DNA of 64,000 nt, from IMG/VR virus record IMGVR_UViG_3300030331_006276. One strand, written 5' to 3'. Below the pieces are notes generated by a model, which had not been told where the DNA came from, did not search any database, and saw only the letters and a program-made list of their open reading frames with translations. Positions 47,963-55,961 of the stretch are shown here, piece after piece; the first letter of the stretch is position 1, and each line of letters begins with the position of its first letter. The translations under genes were made by a program, and so were the position numbers. Source of the stretch: a virus.

Positions 47963-48315
47963 CGCTTTCCTCCGTGATACTCTACAGCATGGCCCTCCTC
48001 TAGAAGCATTTGATTAGCGTTCTTTTTTCCATCAGAACTTACTAACTCTCCAAGTAATCTACCAAACTTACCTTTTTTATCAATAGATGTTCTAATGATA
48101 AACTTGTCACCCCATGACGCTAAGATATCAAATAGTCTTTCTTTAGCTGCTAACCCTTTTGCTTTCTCTTCTAAATCTCTTGTTCTGCATTCAGGAGTGT
48201 TGATACCTTTTAATCTAACTCTCTCTTTAATGTGCATTTTGAATCCACAATCTATAGTTACGTCAACAGTATCACCATCAACTACTCTCCTTAACTCTGC
48301 AAAGTATTCGTACAT
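47959..48315 (-). CDS. Thermonuclease (SNase-like)
   Basis: VVDGDTV, RVRLKGINTPE, GKFGRLL, NQMLLEEGHA. Confidence 0.9.
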   Translation of the reverse strand: MYEYFAELRRVVDGDTVDVTIDCGFKMHIKERVRLKGINTPECRTRDLEEKAKGLAAKERLFDILASWGDKFIIRTSIDKKGKFGRLLGELVSSDGKKNANQMLLEEGHAVEYHGGKR

Positions 48316-48461
48316 AATTATATTTATTTAATCTTAAAACGGTCCACATCCAAGGGCTATAGTACCGAATACCATTGCTGCAACTACGCTACCAATTGCT
48401 GCAATAGTAATTAAAGCTGCTAAGATACAAATACTAATTAGTTTAATTGCATTCAACATAA

Positions 48462-48692
48462 TTAGTAACGACAATGACGTCGTGTTGGTCTCCAGTTACC
48501 GCCATATCTCATCCAATCTGGACGAACATCATAATGATAATATCTCGTAGCGCGGTAAATAGCAGGTTGATGTAAAGGCCTATAAGTAGGATAACTAACA
48601 GCACTTACTCCAAAGCTTGCACTATCAAGCGTACAGGAAGAAAGTGAAACTGCTGCTAATACTACTAAAAAGATAGATTTTATTTTTTTCAT
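48462..48692 (-). CDS. Lipoprotein
   Basis: Lipobox LSSC; Pro/Tyr/Arg-rich. Confidence 0.65.
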   Translation of the reverse strand: MKKIKSIFLVVLAAVSLSSCTLDSASFGVSAVSYPTYRPLHQPAIYRATRYYHYDVRPDWMRYGGNWRPTRRHCRY

Positions 48693-48719
48693 CTTTATTA
48701 CTTATTGTAGTTTAGTTCG

Positions 48720-49868
48720 TTATGATTTAGTATTGAACATTTCAAGTTTTTGTAATCTTAAAGGATTAGTAAGCTTACGAATAGCTTTAGCTTCTATCTG
48801 TCTAATTCTTTCTCTCGTTACTTCAAATCTATCTCCTACTTCCTCTAGAGTTCTCCTTACACCGTCTAACATTCCAAATCGCATCTCCATAACACCCATT
48901 TCACGATCATTGAGAGACGATACAGCATCAGCAATTTTCTCTCTCATACCATCAAGAGCTTCAATATCAACTCCTTGATATTCTTTTTCATCTTCAATAA
49001 AGTCAGCAATAGTTGTATTACCATCACCAACTGGCGTTTGCAATGAAATAGGATGCATTGCAACTTTAAGTATAGTCTTAACACGACTTACAGGTAAATC
49101 GATTTCTTCAGCAATTTCTTCTGGACTAGGCTCACAACCCCCAGCTTGAACTAACTGTCTTTGAATCCTAAATACTTTATTAATAGTATCAATCATATGC
49201 ATAGGTACGCGAATAGTTCTCCCCGTTTCACCTACACATTTAGTAATCGCTTGACGTATCCACCACGTAGCATAAGTAGAAAACTTATAACCACGTTTAT
49301 ATTCGAATTTTTCAACAGCTTTAATTAATCCAAGATTACCTTCTTGAATAAGATCTAGCAAAGCTACACCTCTATTCGTATATTTCTTTGCATTAGCAAC
49401 TACTAATCTTAGGTTAGCTTTAACCATTTCATCTTTTGCAATTCGTAATTCGCGAAGAGTTTTAATCATTAGAGGCATTCCTTCTTTAGCAATATCTTCA
49501 CACCAGCTATCGATAATTGATTGCTTCAAGTAAAATCGCTTATATAAAGTTTTAAGCTTCGAAATAGAATTTCCCTTCTTCGTTAGCGTAGCAACTAGCT
49601 TAGGAAGCCCTTTCATAAACTTTTCCTTAGAATCACTATCAATAGTATCTTCGAATCTTTGTTTACCTTCAATTAGATCGCAACCCAATCGATTAAAGAG
49701 CATTAAAGTATTATCTACTTTACAAAGAATATTAAACGCTTTTTTCTGAGATTTTTCAATTCTTTTAAATATCTCTACTTCTTGCTCTTTAGTTAAAAGC
49801 TCCGTCTGACCCATTTGCTTCATATAGGCGCGTATCGGATCATCTACGCGTTCATTTATTTTAGGCAT
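48720..49868 (-). CDS. rpoD: RpoD-like primary sigma-70 factor (regions 1.2-4)
   Basis: DDPIRAYM, ANLRLVV, DLIQEGNLGL, KFSTYATWWIRQAI, TLEEVG...VTRERIRQIEAKA; start MPKIN. Confidence 0.95.
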   Translation of the reverse strand: MPKINERVDDPIRAYMKQMGQTELLTKEQEVEIFKRIEKSQKKAFNILCKVDNTLMLFNRLGCDLIEGKQRFEDTIDSDSKEKFMKGLPKLVATLTKKGNSISKLKTLYKRFYLKQSIIDSWCEDIAKEGMPLMIKTLRELRIAKDEMVKANLRLVVANAKKYTNRGVALLDLIQEGNLGLIKAVEKFEYKRGYKFSTYATWWIRQAITKCVGETGRTIRVPMHMIDTINKVFRIQRQLVQAGGCEPSPEEIAEEIDLPVSRVKTILKVAMHPISLQTPVGDGNTTIADFIEDEKEYQGVDIEALDGMREKIADAVSSLNDREMGVMEMRFGMLDGVRRTLEEVGDRFEVTRERIRQIEAKAIRKLTNPLRLQKLEMFNTKS

Positions 49869-49948
49869 TATCTTATTATATCTGAGTTCCTTTAGTAATA
49901 TAATATCTTTTGATACTATGTTCAACTAAAGATTAAAGTTTTTTTTAG

Positions 49949-49970
49949 AGTTCCTTATGCATAAGGAACT
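49949..49970. promoter_or_regulatory. Perfect 22-bp palindrome formed by two AGGAACT boxes
   Basis: AGTTCCTTATGCATAAGGAACT. Confidence 0.7.
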
Positions 49971-49976
49971 TTTAAA

Positions 49977-50053
49977 TGGTAGGAGCGGTGGGACTCGAAC
50001 CCACACTGGACGGATTTTAAGTCCGTTGTCTCTGCCAATTGGACTACGCTCCC
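49977..50053 (-). tRNA. tRNA-Leu(TAA), short variable loop
   Basis: GGGAGCG...ACGGA-CTTAAAA-TCCGT...GGTTCGAGTCC...CTACCA. Confidence 0.92.
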
Positions 50054-50055
50054 TT

Positions 50056-50131
50056 TGGTGCGCCCGGCTGGACTTGAACCAGCGACCTGCCGATTATGAG
50101 TCGGATGCTCTAACCACTGAGCTACAAGCGC
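50056..50131 (-). tRNA. tRNA(CAT), Ile2-type
   Basis: CCGACTCATAATCGG; GGTCGCTGGTTCAAGTCCAGC as in ileX-type tRNAs; CCA end. Confidence 0.88.
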
Positions 50132-50167
50132 TTTCATAATCATATTATATCTGAGTTCCTTTAGTAT

Positions 50168-50239
50168 TACTCCTACCAAGAATCGAACTTGGATCTAAGC
50201 ATTAGAAGTGCCTTGTTTTATCCGTTAAACTATAGGAGC
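50168..50239 (-). tRNA. tRNA-Arg(TCT), CCA not encoded
   Basis: AGGCA-CTTCTAA-TGCTT; CCAAG-TTCGATT-CTTGG. Confidence 0.88.
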
Positions 50240-50283
50240 ATAATATTATTATATCGAAATTTCTAGATTTTCAAACAATAAAC

Positions 50284-50291
50284 TATAAATA
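50284..50291 (+). promoter_or_regulatory. T4-type late promoter TATAAATA
   Basis: Exact match 5 nt before the ATG at 50297; similar ATAAATA sites precede many late genes. Confidence 0.8.
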
Positions 50292-50296
50292 AACAT

Positions 50297-50752
50297 ATGA
50301 GACAGTTCGATAAAACAGCTAATGCAATCTTAAAAAGATTAAATGAAAATTTTATTAACAGCGCTGATGACGCTATTCAACATCAATGAGCTAAGACTAT
50401 TGCACACCCAGGTCTGGGTGAAGAAGATGAAGAGTTTCGTGTGATTGATCATAGCTTAACTGCTGATGGAGTTGTAGAAGAGTACTATGTTGATTATAAT
50501 GACGAGTTAATCTCAGTGCCGGCTGGTGAAGCTACAATTGTAGTTATAGAAGAGCATGATGAAGAAACTAAGATGCCTAAGCATAAAAAGAAAGAAGACG
50601 AGGAAAAGAAGAAGAAGAAGCATGACAAAGATCATGACGAAGACGAGGAAGAACTTAACTCTATTCGCGAAGCTTATGGGCTTTCTAAAAAGAGAAAAGG
50701 TCCTCATGGAGAGAAACCTAAACTTAACTGTAGATCAGTCCACAGTCTTTAA
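50297..50752 (+). CDS. Candidate selenoprotein (151 aa, in-frame UGA at codon 31)
   Basis: ATG 50297 -> ...QHQ-TGA(50387-50389)-AKTIAHP..., in frame with the listed ORF 50441..50752; SECIS-like hairpin downstream. Confidence 0.75.
50405..50420 (+). promoter_or_regulatory. Bacterial SECIS-like hairpin CACCCA-GGTC-TGGGTG
   Basis: Stem begins 15 nt after UGA; apical CAGGUCUG identical to the E. coli fdhF SECIS core. Confidence 0.72.
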
Positions 50753-50766
50753 TTTAACTTAAACAT

Positions 50767-50797
50767 AAAAAAAAGCCTCCTTTCGGAGGCTTTTTTT
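50767..50797. terminator. Bidirectional intrinsic terminator
   Basis: A8-GCCTCC-TTTC-GGAGGC-T7 between convergent genes. Confidence 0.92.
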
Positions 50798-51053
50798 ATG
50801 AACAGACGTTTCTACTAAAGTTCTTCAACGCCGATCGCGCACCGTTCGGAGTAAAGTACTTCTTATTTTCATTCCAACTCTCCTCAGAGAGTATCTCAAT
50901 CTCGGCACCAGTCTTATGACTATATACCATTCTACCTTTCGGTCGAGAGACATCAGGGCCCGAATGCGCGCAAATCGAACAGTTTTTATATCCAAACTCG
51001 ACTCTAGGCTCTTCAACTTCTCTTCCACAACCACAAATAATATTTTCTACCAT
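50796..51053 (-). CDS. Zn-finger protein (DksA/TraR C4-like)
   Basis: CGCG...PR...CSIC. Confidence 0.55.
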   Translation of the reverse strand: MVENIICGCGREVEEPRVEFGYKNCSICAHSGPDVSRPKGRMVYSHKTGAEIEILSEESWNENKKYFTPNGARSALKNFSRNVCS

Positions 51054-51235
51054 GCTGCGTAAATAGCTTGCGGACTATTCTCAAAGTCCATTCGTTCTTT
51101 TTCTTGCATTTGATACCAAGTAACCATCATCTCTTCTTCTCGAATCATATCTTCCTTAAAGTCTCTCATTTCTCCGAAAGTAAGACCATGCTGCTTAGCG
51201 TACTCTTTATCACTATCAGTAAGTTCTATCGTCAT
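51047..51235 (-). CDS. Hypothetical protein
   Basis: Leaderless promoter. Confidence 0.7.
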   Translation of the reverse strand: MTIELTDSDKEYAKQHGLTFGEMRDFKEDMIREEEMMVTWYQMQEKERMDFENSPQAIYAAW

Positions 51236-51429
51236 ACTATTATTATAGCAGAGTTCCTTATTATTGCTCTACTTTCTTAGAATACCAATCCATTATTTCA
51301 TAATGAAATGTTTTCTCATCTATATCACGACCTACAGGAATATACCAGGTAGGTTCTGAACCCTCTCCTCGCTGATAGACAGAAATTCTACTTAATTCGT
51401 TATCCAATTCAAACGTGAATTCTCCAATT

Positions 51430-51669
51430 TTACCATTCATTTTTTAGCTCTTTTAGTTCCTCTGTTATTAATTTAGTAAGATATAAGTGAGAAACAATAT
51501 CTAATTCATCAGCTATATCTTTACCAACTTCTTTCTTATGTACATAATAGACTCGCATATTAGTTATGCAAGGTACAGAATGCTCAAATTCATAATAAGA
51601 GTGAACTAGTATCCCGGGCCCGTGCTCGGACTCCGGGATATAAGTTCTATGAATATTTATCCGGCCCAC
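51430..51669 (-). CDS. Hypothetical protein
   Basis: Operon ORF. Confidence 0.55.
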   Translation of the reverse strand: MGRINIHRTYIPESEHGPGILVHSYYEFEHSVPCITNMRVYYVHKKEVGKDIADELDIVSHLYLTKLITEELKELKNEW

Positions 51670-52496
51670 TGGATCTTAGGCTCCTTCAGTACCCTAAGTG
51701 CTTTAGTTGAGAGCGTATTACCCATCAGAGATCTTACGAGCTTCTCAGGAGACTGCTTACGGTTATGAGTTTCAAACTCAGTGAAAGCATTCAGAGCATC
51801 CCAGCGAGACTCTCCTACGTTACCTCGACCGTTCGCGTAGAGTTCTACGATACCCTCGCGCTGATTAACCCTGCGAGTAGACTCGTCCTTCTCAACCGGA
51901 ATAAGCTTTTGAGTAAGCTTAACCATCTGGTCACGTGAAAACTTATTGCTCTTCAAGAACTCAACAGTAGAGTTAAAGCCTTTGAAGTCTTCAATATTTT
52001 TAGCAATCCTATGAACCATACGCTCAACGTTTGCATCGAAGGTAGCTGAGTGACGGAGATTATCTCCACGACGCTTCTCAATCAAGTGAAGAGCATTATC
52101 GCAAGCAATCCTCGTAGTAGAAGGAGCACATTTATTAGAGCTCATTCCAGTATTATCGATGATAGTATAGAAGTAACCATCTACTTTATCACCTTCAACG
52201 TCAATCGGCTCACCGAGCTTAGACTGAACAACGACTCGTTTACCGTCACCGGCAAAGGTAAATCCTTTATGCTCAATACCGCCTACCTTATCACTAGCCG
52301 TATCAAGAATATCAAACATCTCTTCCATTTGAATTGGACGATATTTTCTTCCGCAACTACCAAGGTGTGCGCCATTATCAGAGCGTTCAAGAGCGAATAC
52401 TCCGTTATGTTCGCCGCGATCATTTTTAAGCGGCACTTTATTTACCTCAAAGCGAGGTACTTCTTCTAGCGTTTCGATTTCAGTTAAGAATCCCAT
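51657..52496 (-). CDS. DUF932 family protein
   Basis: YRPIQ, GDGKRV, TTRIACDNAL, RHS, SRWDALNAFTE. Confidence 0.85.
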   Translation of the reverse strand: MGFLTEIETLEEVPRFEVNKVPLKNDRGEHNGVFALERSDNGAHLGSCGRKYRPIQMEEMFDILDTASDKVGGIEHKGFTFAGDGKRVVVQSKLGEPIDVEGDKVDGYFYTIIDNTGMSSNKCAPSTTRIACDNALHLIEKRRGDNLRHSATFDANVERMVHRIAKNIEDFKGFNSTVEFLKSNKFSRDQMVKLTQKLIPVEKDESTRRVNQREGIVELYANGRGNVGESRWDALNAFTEFETHNRKQSPEKLVRSLMGNTLSTKALRVLKEPKIQWAG

Positions 52497-52536
52497 TTTT
52501 TTTATTTTTTAGTTTGTTTCGTTCTACCCTTTTATT

Positions 52537-52989
52537 TTAACCTAGTTCCTTTAGATTAAATCTTTCAAATTTTTCTTCAGCTTTCTTAAATGAATCATAA
52601 ATTTTTATTAATTCAGTAGTCAACTTCTCTTGTTTTCTAGCGTCTCTTTCTTCTTGAGAGTTATAGTAAGCATTATAAGTAGCAAATCTCGCTATATGAG
52701 TAAAGTTAAATACGTATTCTTGAAAAGCATGCCTTAATTCATGGAGAATAGTACCAAATATATATCGTCTATTACCAGAAGTATCTAAGTTCATCTTATA
52801 GTATCGCATACTTCTAGAAGTACGCTCCATAGTTGATTGCTCCTTTACTTTACTCTTCCATATTACTACTTCAATATTGATTCTTCTCTCGAACCCCTTT
52901 TCAAATATATTAGAACAGATCGTTCCAAGTAAATCAAAATCAATTTTAGTATCGTTAATTATCCCTGTTGAAGGTAAAAACTTAATCAT
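52537..52989 (-). CDS. Putative zinc metallopeptidase-like protein
   Basis: ILHELRHAFQ (HExxH)...EERDAR-like. Confidence 0.65.
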   Translation of the reverse strand: MIKFLPSTGIINDTKIDFDLLGTICSNIFEKGFERRINIEVVIWKSKVKEQSTMERTSRSMRYYKMNLDTSGNRRYIFGTILHELRHAFQEYVFNFTHIARFATYNAYYNSQEERDARKQEKLTTELIKIYDSFKKAEEKFERFNLKELG

Positions 52990-53174
52990 CCTATTTTTTT
53001 AATAACTGGTTCATGATAGCCTTCCCGTAATAATTTTTCCCGGATTTTTTCAGCATCTTTGTAATTATCTATGCGTTCCTTATAGAATCTAAGTAGACCT
53101 GCTTTCTCTTCACGATACTCAATCAGATACTTACCATATTCGAATGGCTTTATGGGAGGTCTACGTTTAGGCAT
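52986..53174 (-). CDS. Hypothetical protein
   Basis: Start MPKRR after the promoter. Confidence 0.65.
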   Translation of the reverse strand: MPKRRPPIKPFEYGKYLIEYREEKAGLLRFYKERIDNYKDAEKIREKLLREGYHEPVIKKIG

Positions 53175-53225
53175 TTCCTTCTTATTATATGCTAGTTCCT
53201 TAGCCATGGCAACATAAATAATTAT

Positions 53226-53702
53226 GTGTTCGAACAGATTATATTAGAAAATAGCTCAGAAAAACAAGCTAAGCTTTTGGGTCCCGCGCAACGTGCTCAT
53301 AAGAAGCCGGATATTGGTGTTGAGATCCAGAATAAATCAGCCTATTATGTTATTAGAGACTGCGCAATGATTACGCAAAAGTATCTTGTTCATCACATCT
53401 GGAGTTCATATTCAGACCCTTTTAAAGCTCTAAAAGGAAAGTTTACAAAAGACGATGTAACAGATTTTCTAAAGAGAGCGGAAAAAGATGACCCTGTAAA
53501 GCAACTCAAGCATACCATTATCGGTGATATTAAAACAAAGTTTGATACTACCGTAACAACGTCAACTAACTTCGACTATAGTATGGAAGAAGAGGATATC
53601 TACAAATATTATAGCGATACAGAAGAAACAGAAAATGAAACTATAGTAGAAACAGAAATGACTGAAGAGGAGATGCTTTTAAAATTTTTTAATGTTGATT
53701 AA
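53226..53702 (+). CDS. Late hypothetical protein
   Basis: ATAAATA promoter; acidic tail. Confidence 0.65.
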   Translation: MFEQIILENSSEKQAKLLGPAQRAHKKPDIGVEIQNKSAYYVIRDCAMITQKYLVHHIWSSYSDPFKALKGKFTKDDVTDFLKRAEKDDPVKQLKHTIIGDIKTKFDTTVTTSTNFDYSMEEEDIYKYYSDTEETENETIVETEMTEEEMLLKFFNVD

Positions 53703-53708
53703 TAATCT

Positions 53709-54677
53709 CTAAGATCGATATTTTTCAACGTAATATTTTACAGTTGATGATAAACTAAATTTCTTTTGCTTTTTTATAGCATCCAATTTATGTTTAGTAG
53801 CTAGCTGATATTTGAAGTCGTGTCCTTTTCTATCAGGTACAAATTCAATATATTCATCTTTCTTTCTTTTATAGTTTGGAAATTGATGCTCTACTTCTTT
53901 AATAATTTTATTAATTAGCTCTAAATTATTGCATACTAAATTGCCTGGTAAGTTATGTACTTGACAGCTATCAGTATGTAAAACTTCTAGAATAGATTTA
54001 GCATGATCTTCAGCGTTAATCCATTCGCGTATATTTTCTCCTGTACCGTAAACTGGTATTTTATTTCCTTTAATAATAGATCTAATTACTGTAGGAATTA
54101 ATTTTTCATCATCTTGCCGCGGTCCGTAATTATTACAACATCTAGTAATTGAAGCATTAATATTAAACGTTTCAATATAAGACTGTACTAATAAATCTGA
54201 ACCGGCCTTAGTTGCTGAGTATGGTGATCTTGGAGCAAGAGAACTCTCTTCTGTAAATGGAGGGTCGTCCTTTCCTAAATGACCATACACTTCATCAGTT
54301 GATACATGAACCATTCTAGATCTATGTTTTCTTACTAACTCTAATATATTAGCTGTACCTTTTAAATTTGAATCAACAAACGATAAAGGGTTATCAATAG
54401 AACGATCAACATGCGACTCAGCAGCTAAATGAATAACATAATTGATATCTTCAGATATAAAATCTAAAGGATGCGACATATGTAGCCTCCAAGCATCATC
54501 ATTAGCAATATCCATAAAATGATTTTCGACGCGATCATCTTCTACAATATTTTCTTTAGATGAGCCGATACCCATCTTATCGATATTGTATATAAAAATA
54601 TCTTCTTTTTTGAGAAGCTCTTTGATTACATATGATCCAATAAAACCACAACCTCCAGTTACAACATATGTATTCAT
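53709..54677 (-). CDS. rmlB: NDP-glucose 4,6-dehydratase
   Basis: TGGCGFIG, HLAAESHVDRSI, STDEVYG, PYSATK, NNYGP, DRKGHD. Confidence 0.95.
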   Translation of the reverse strand: MNTYVVTGGCGFIGSYVIKELLKKEDIFIYNIDKMGIGSSKENIVEDDRVENHFMDIANDDAWRLHMSHPLDFISEDINYVIHLAAESHVDRSIDNPLSFVDSNLKGTANILELVRKHRSRMVHVSTDEVYGHLGKDDPPFTEESSLAPRSPYSATKAGSDLLVQSYIETFNINASITRCCNNYGPRQDDEKLIPTVIRSIIKGNKIPVYGTGENIREWINAEDHAKSILEVLHTDSCQVHNLPGNLVCNNLELINKIIKEVEHQFPNYKRKKDEYIEFVPDRKGHDFKYQLATKHKLDAIKKQKKFSLSSTVKYYVEKYRS

Positions 54678-55114
54678 TTCTTTAAAACGTCAGGATTCTG
54701 CTTTATTGTCTGCTTTGTAATAAGATCTTTTAGTCGCGTAGTAGACCACCCATGAGAACGTGTCGTATATATTACTTTAGGAGGTAAATCATCACCAGTA
54801 AATGATTCTTTTTCAATATAATCTTCTCCTAAGATACGAATATCCGGTTTCCAAAACTTAATCAAGCTATAAAGCTCTTCTTCTGTTTGATACGTATATA
54901 CATCATCAATATATCTAATAGCCATTAACGCTTCATATCTATTGTATAAAGATATAACAGGTTTATATTTACTCTTTCTATGAAGAGAAGGATCTTTCTG
55001 CAAAAAAACAATAAATCTATCACAATGTCTTTTAGCTTCCCTAAAGCATCTAATATACCCAGGGTGTAATAAATCAAAATTGCCTGCAGTAAAACCTACT
55101 ATTTCTTTATTCAT
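54674..55114 (-). CDS. Cytidylyltransferase (TagD/RfaE-like)
   Basis: AGNFDLLHPGY (HxGH-like); GEDY; STT. Confidence 0.88.
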   Translation of the reverse strand: MNKEIVGFTAGNFDLLHPGYIRCFREAKRHCDRFIVFLQKDPSLHRKSKYKPVISLYNRYEALMAIRYIDDVYTYQTEEELYSLIKFWKPDIRILGEDYIEKESFTGDDLPPKVIYTTRSHGWSTTRLKDLITKQTIKQNPDVLKK

Positions 55115-55961
55115 CCTTTATTATCTTATTCAATGCACCGCGAATAGCAACCTCTTCCTTTATTGGATAAAATCCATACTTTGATCCTATCTTTGAAGTA
55201 TCTAATACGCAATTAGATCTATTTGCTCTACAATTTAATTCTTCAAACTGTACCCATTCCCAGTTACTGTTACCAAGATTATAAGTTTTCATTAGCGATA
55301 CAATATCATCTGTACGGAGTGGTTCAGGTTGAACAAAATTAATTATATCTTTTTCTTTTGCTTCCTGCCCTGAAGCAATAAACTCACTTACAAATTGAGT
55401 TAGTGAAGGTATATAAGTTTTAGAGTTAGTTAAATTGATTAAGTTATCATATTTTTTAATTTTAGTTAGATATGATCTTTCATGAAGCTTATCGCAAAAT
55501 GGCATTCTTACTCTAAAAATTAGACCATAATCACATCCTAGCTCATACGCGTGTTTGCTTTTAGAATAGGTAGAAGATTCTTCATCATGAAAACCAAAAT
55601 TAGGAATATCATCTTCTTCATAAGGCTTGTCGTATCCTGTATAAATACACCCTGAAGAAATATGAATATAATTTATACCTAAGCACTGACATATAGTACT
55701 AACTCTTAAAGGAGCAAAAGTATTTAACTCATAACATAATTCAGGCTCTAGTTCACCTTGATCAACATTCGGTCTACCAGTAAAACCAAAAGCATTAATA
55801 ACATAATCAAATTTAGAACTACAAAGATATTTTATTAGATCGTTAGCGTTAGTATAGTCTAAAAATTCTCTTCTTACAATTTCTACATCATTATCTTTTT
55901 TTAATTTGCTGTAGAGGTATCCCCCAACGTATCCATATCCGAGTATAAGTATCTTTTTCAT
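55107..55961 (-). CDS. NDP-4-keto-6-deoxyglucose epimerase/reductase (RmlD/UER1-like)
   Basis: GYGYVG, GFTGRPNVD, SSGCIY, YSKSK, RVRMP, RSNCVLD. Confidence 0.85.
   Translation of the reverse strand: MKKILILGYGYVGGYLYSKLKKDNDVEIVRREFLDYTNANDLIKYLCSSKFDYVINAFGFTGRPNVDQGELEPELCYELNTFAPLRVSTICQCLGINYIHISSGCIYTGYDKPYEEDDIPNFGFHDEESSTYSKSKHAYELGCDYGLIFRVRMPFCDKLHERSYLTKIKKYDNLINLTNSKTYIPSLTQFVSEFIASGQEAKEKDIINFVQPEPLRTDDIVSLMKTYNLGNSNWEWVQFEELNCRANRSNCVLDTSKIGSKYGFYPIKEEVAIRGALNKIIKDE

Larger units (their letters stand above)
39165..53200 (-). promoter_or_regulatory. Dispersed promoter family AGGAACT-N4-TATAAT (~19 copies; one more variant at 31516)
   Basis: Box (+strand agttcct) at 39175, 39376, 39557, 39737, 40094, 41901, 42123, 43025, 43240, 44460, 45104, 49885, 50154, 51252, 52544, 53194; variants at 42349, 43573, 44031. 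Confidence 0.92.

Noticed and set aside
49955-50179. ORFs 49955..50179 (-) and 49957..50139 (+)
   Set aside because: They are translations of the tRNA genes.
39742-53207. Recurrent 'KELxYN' protein motif in several listed ORFs
   Set aside because: It is the translation of the AGGAACT-N4-TATAAT promoter; the true starts lie just downstream.
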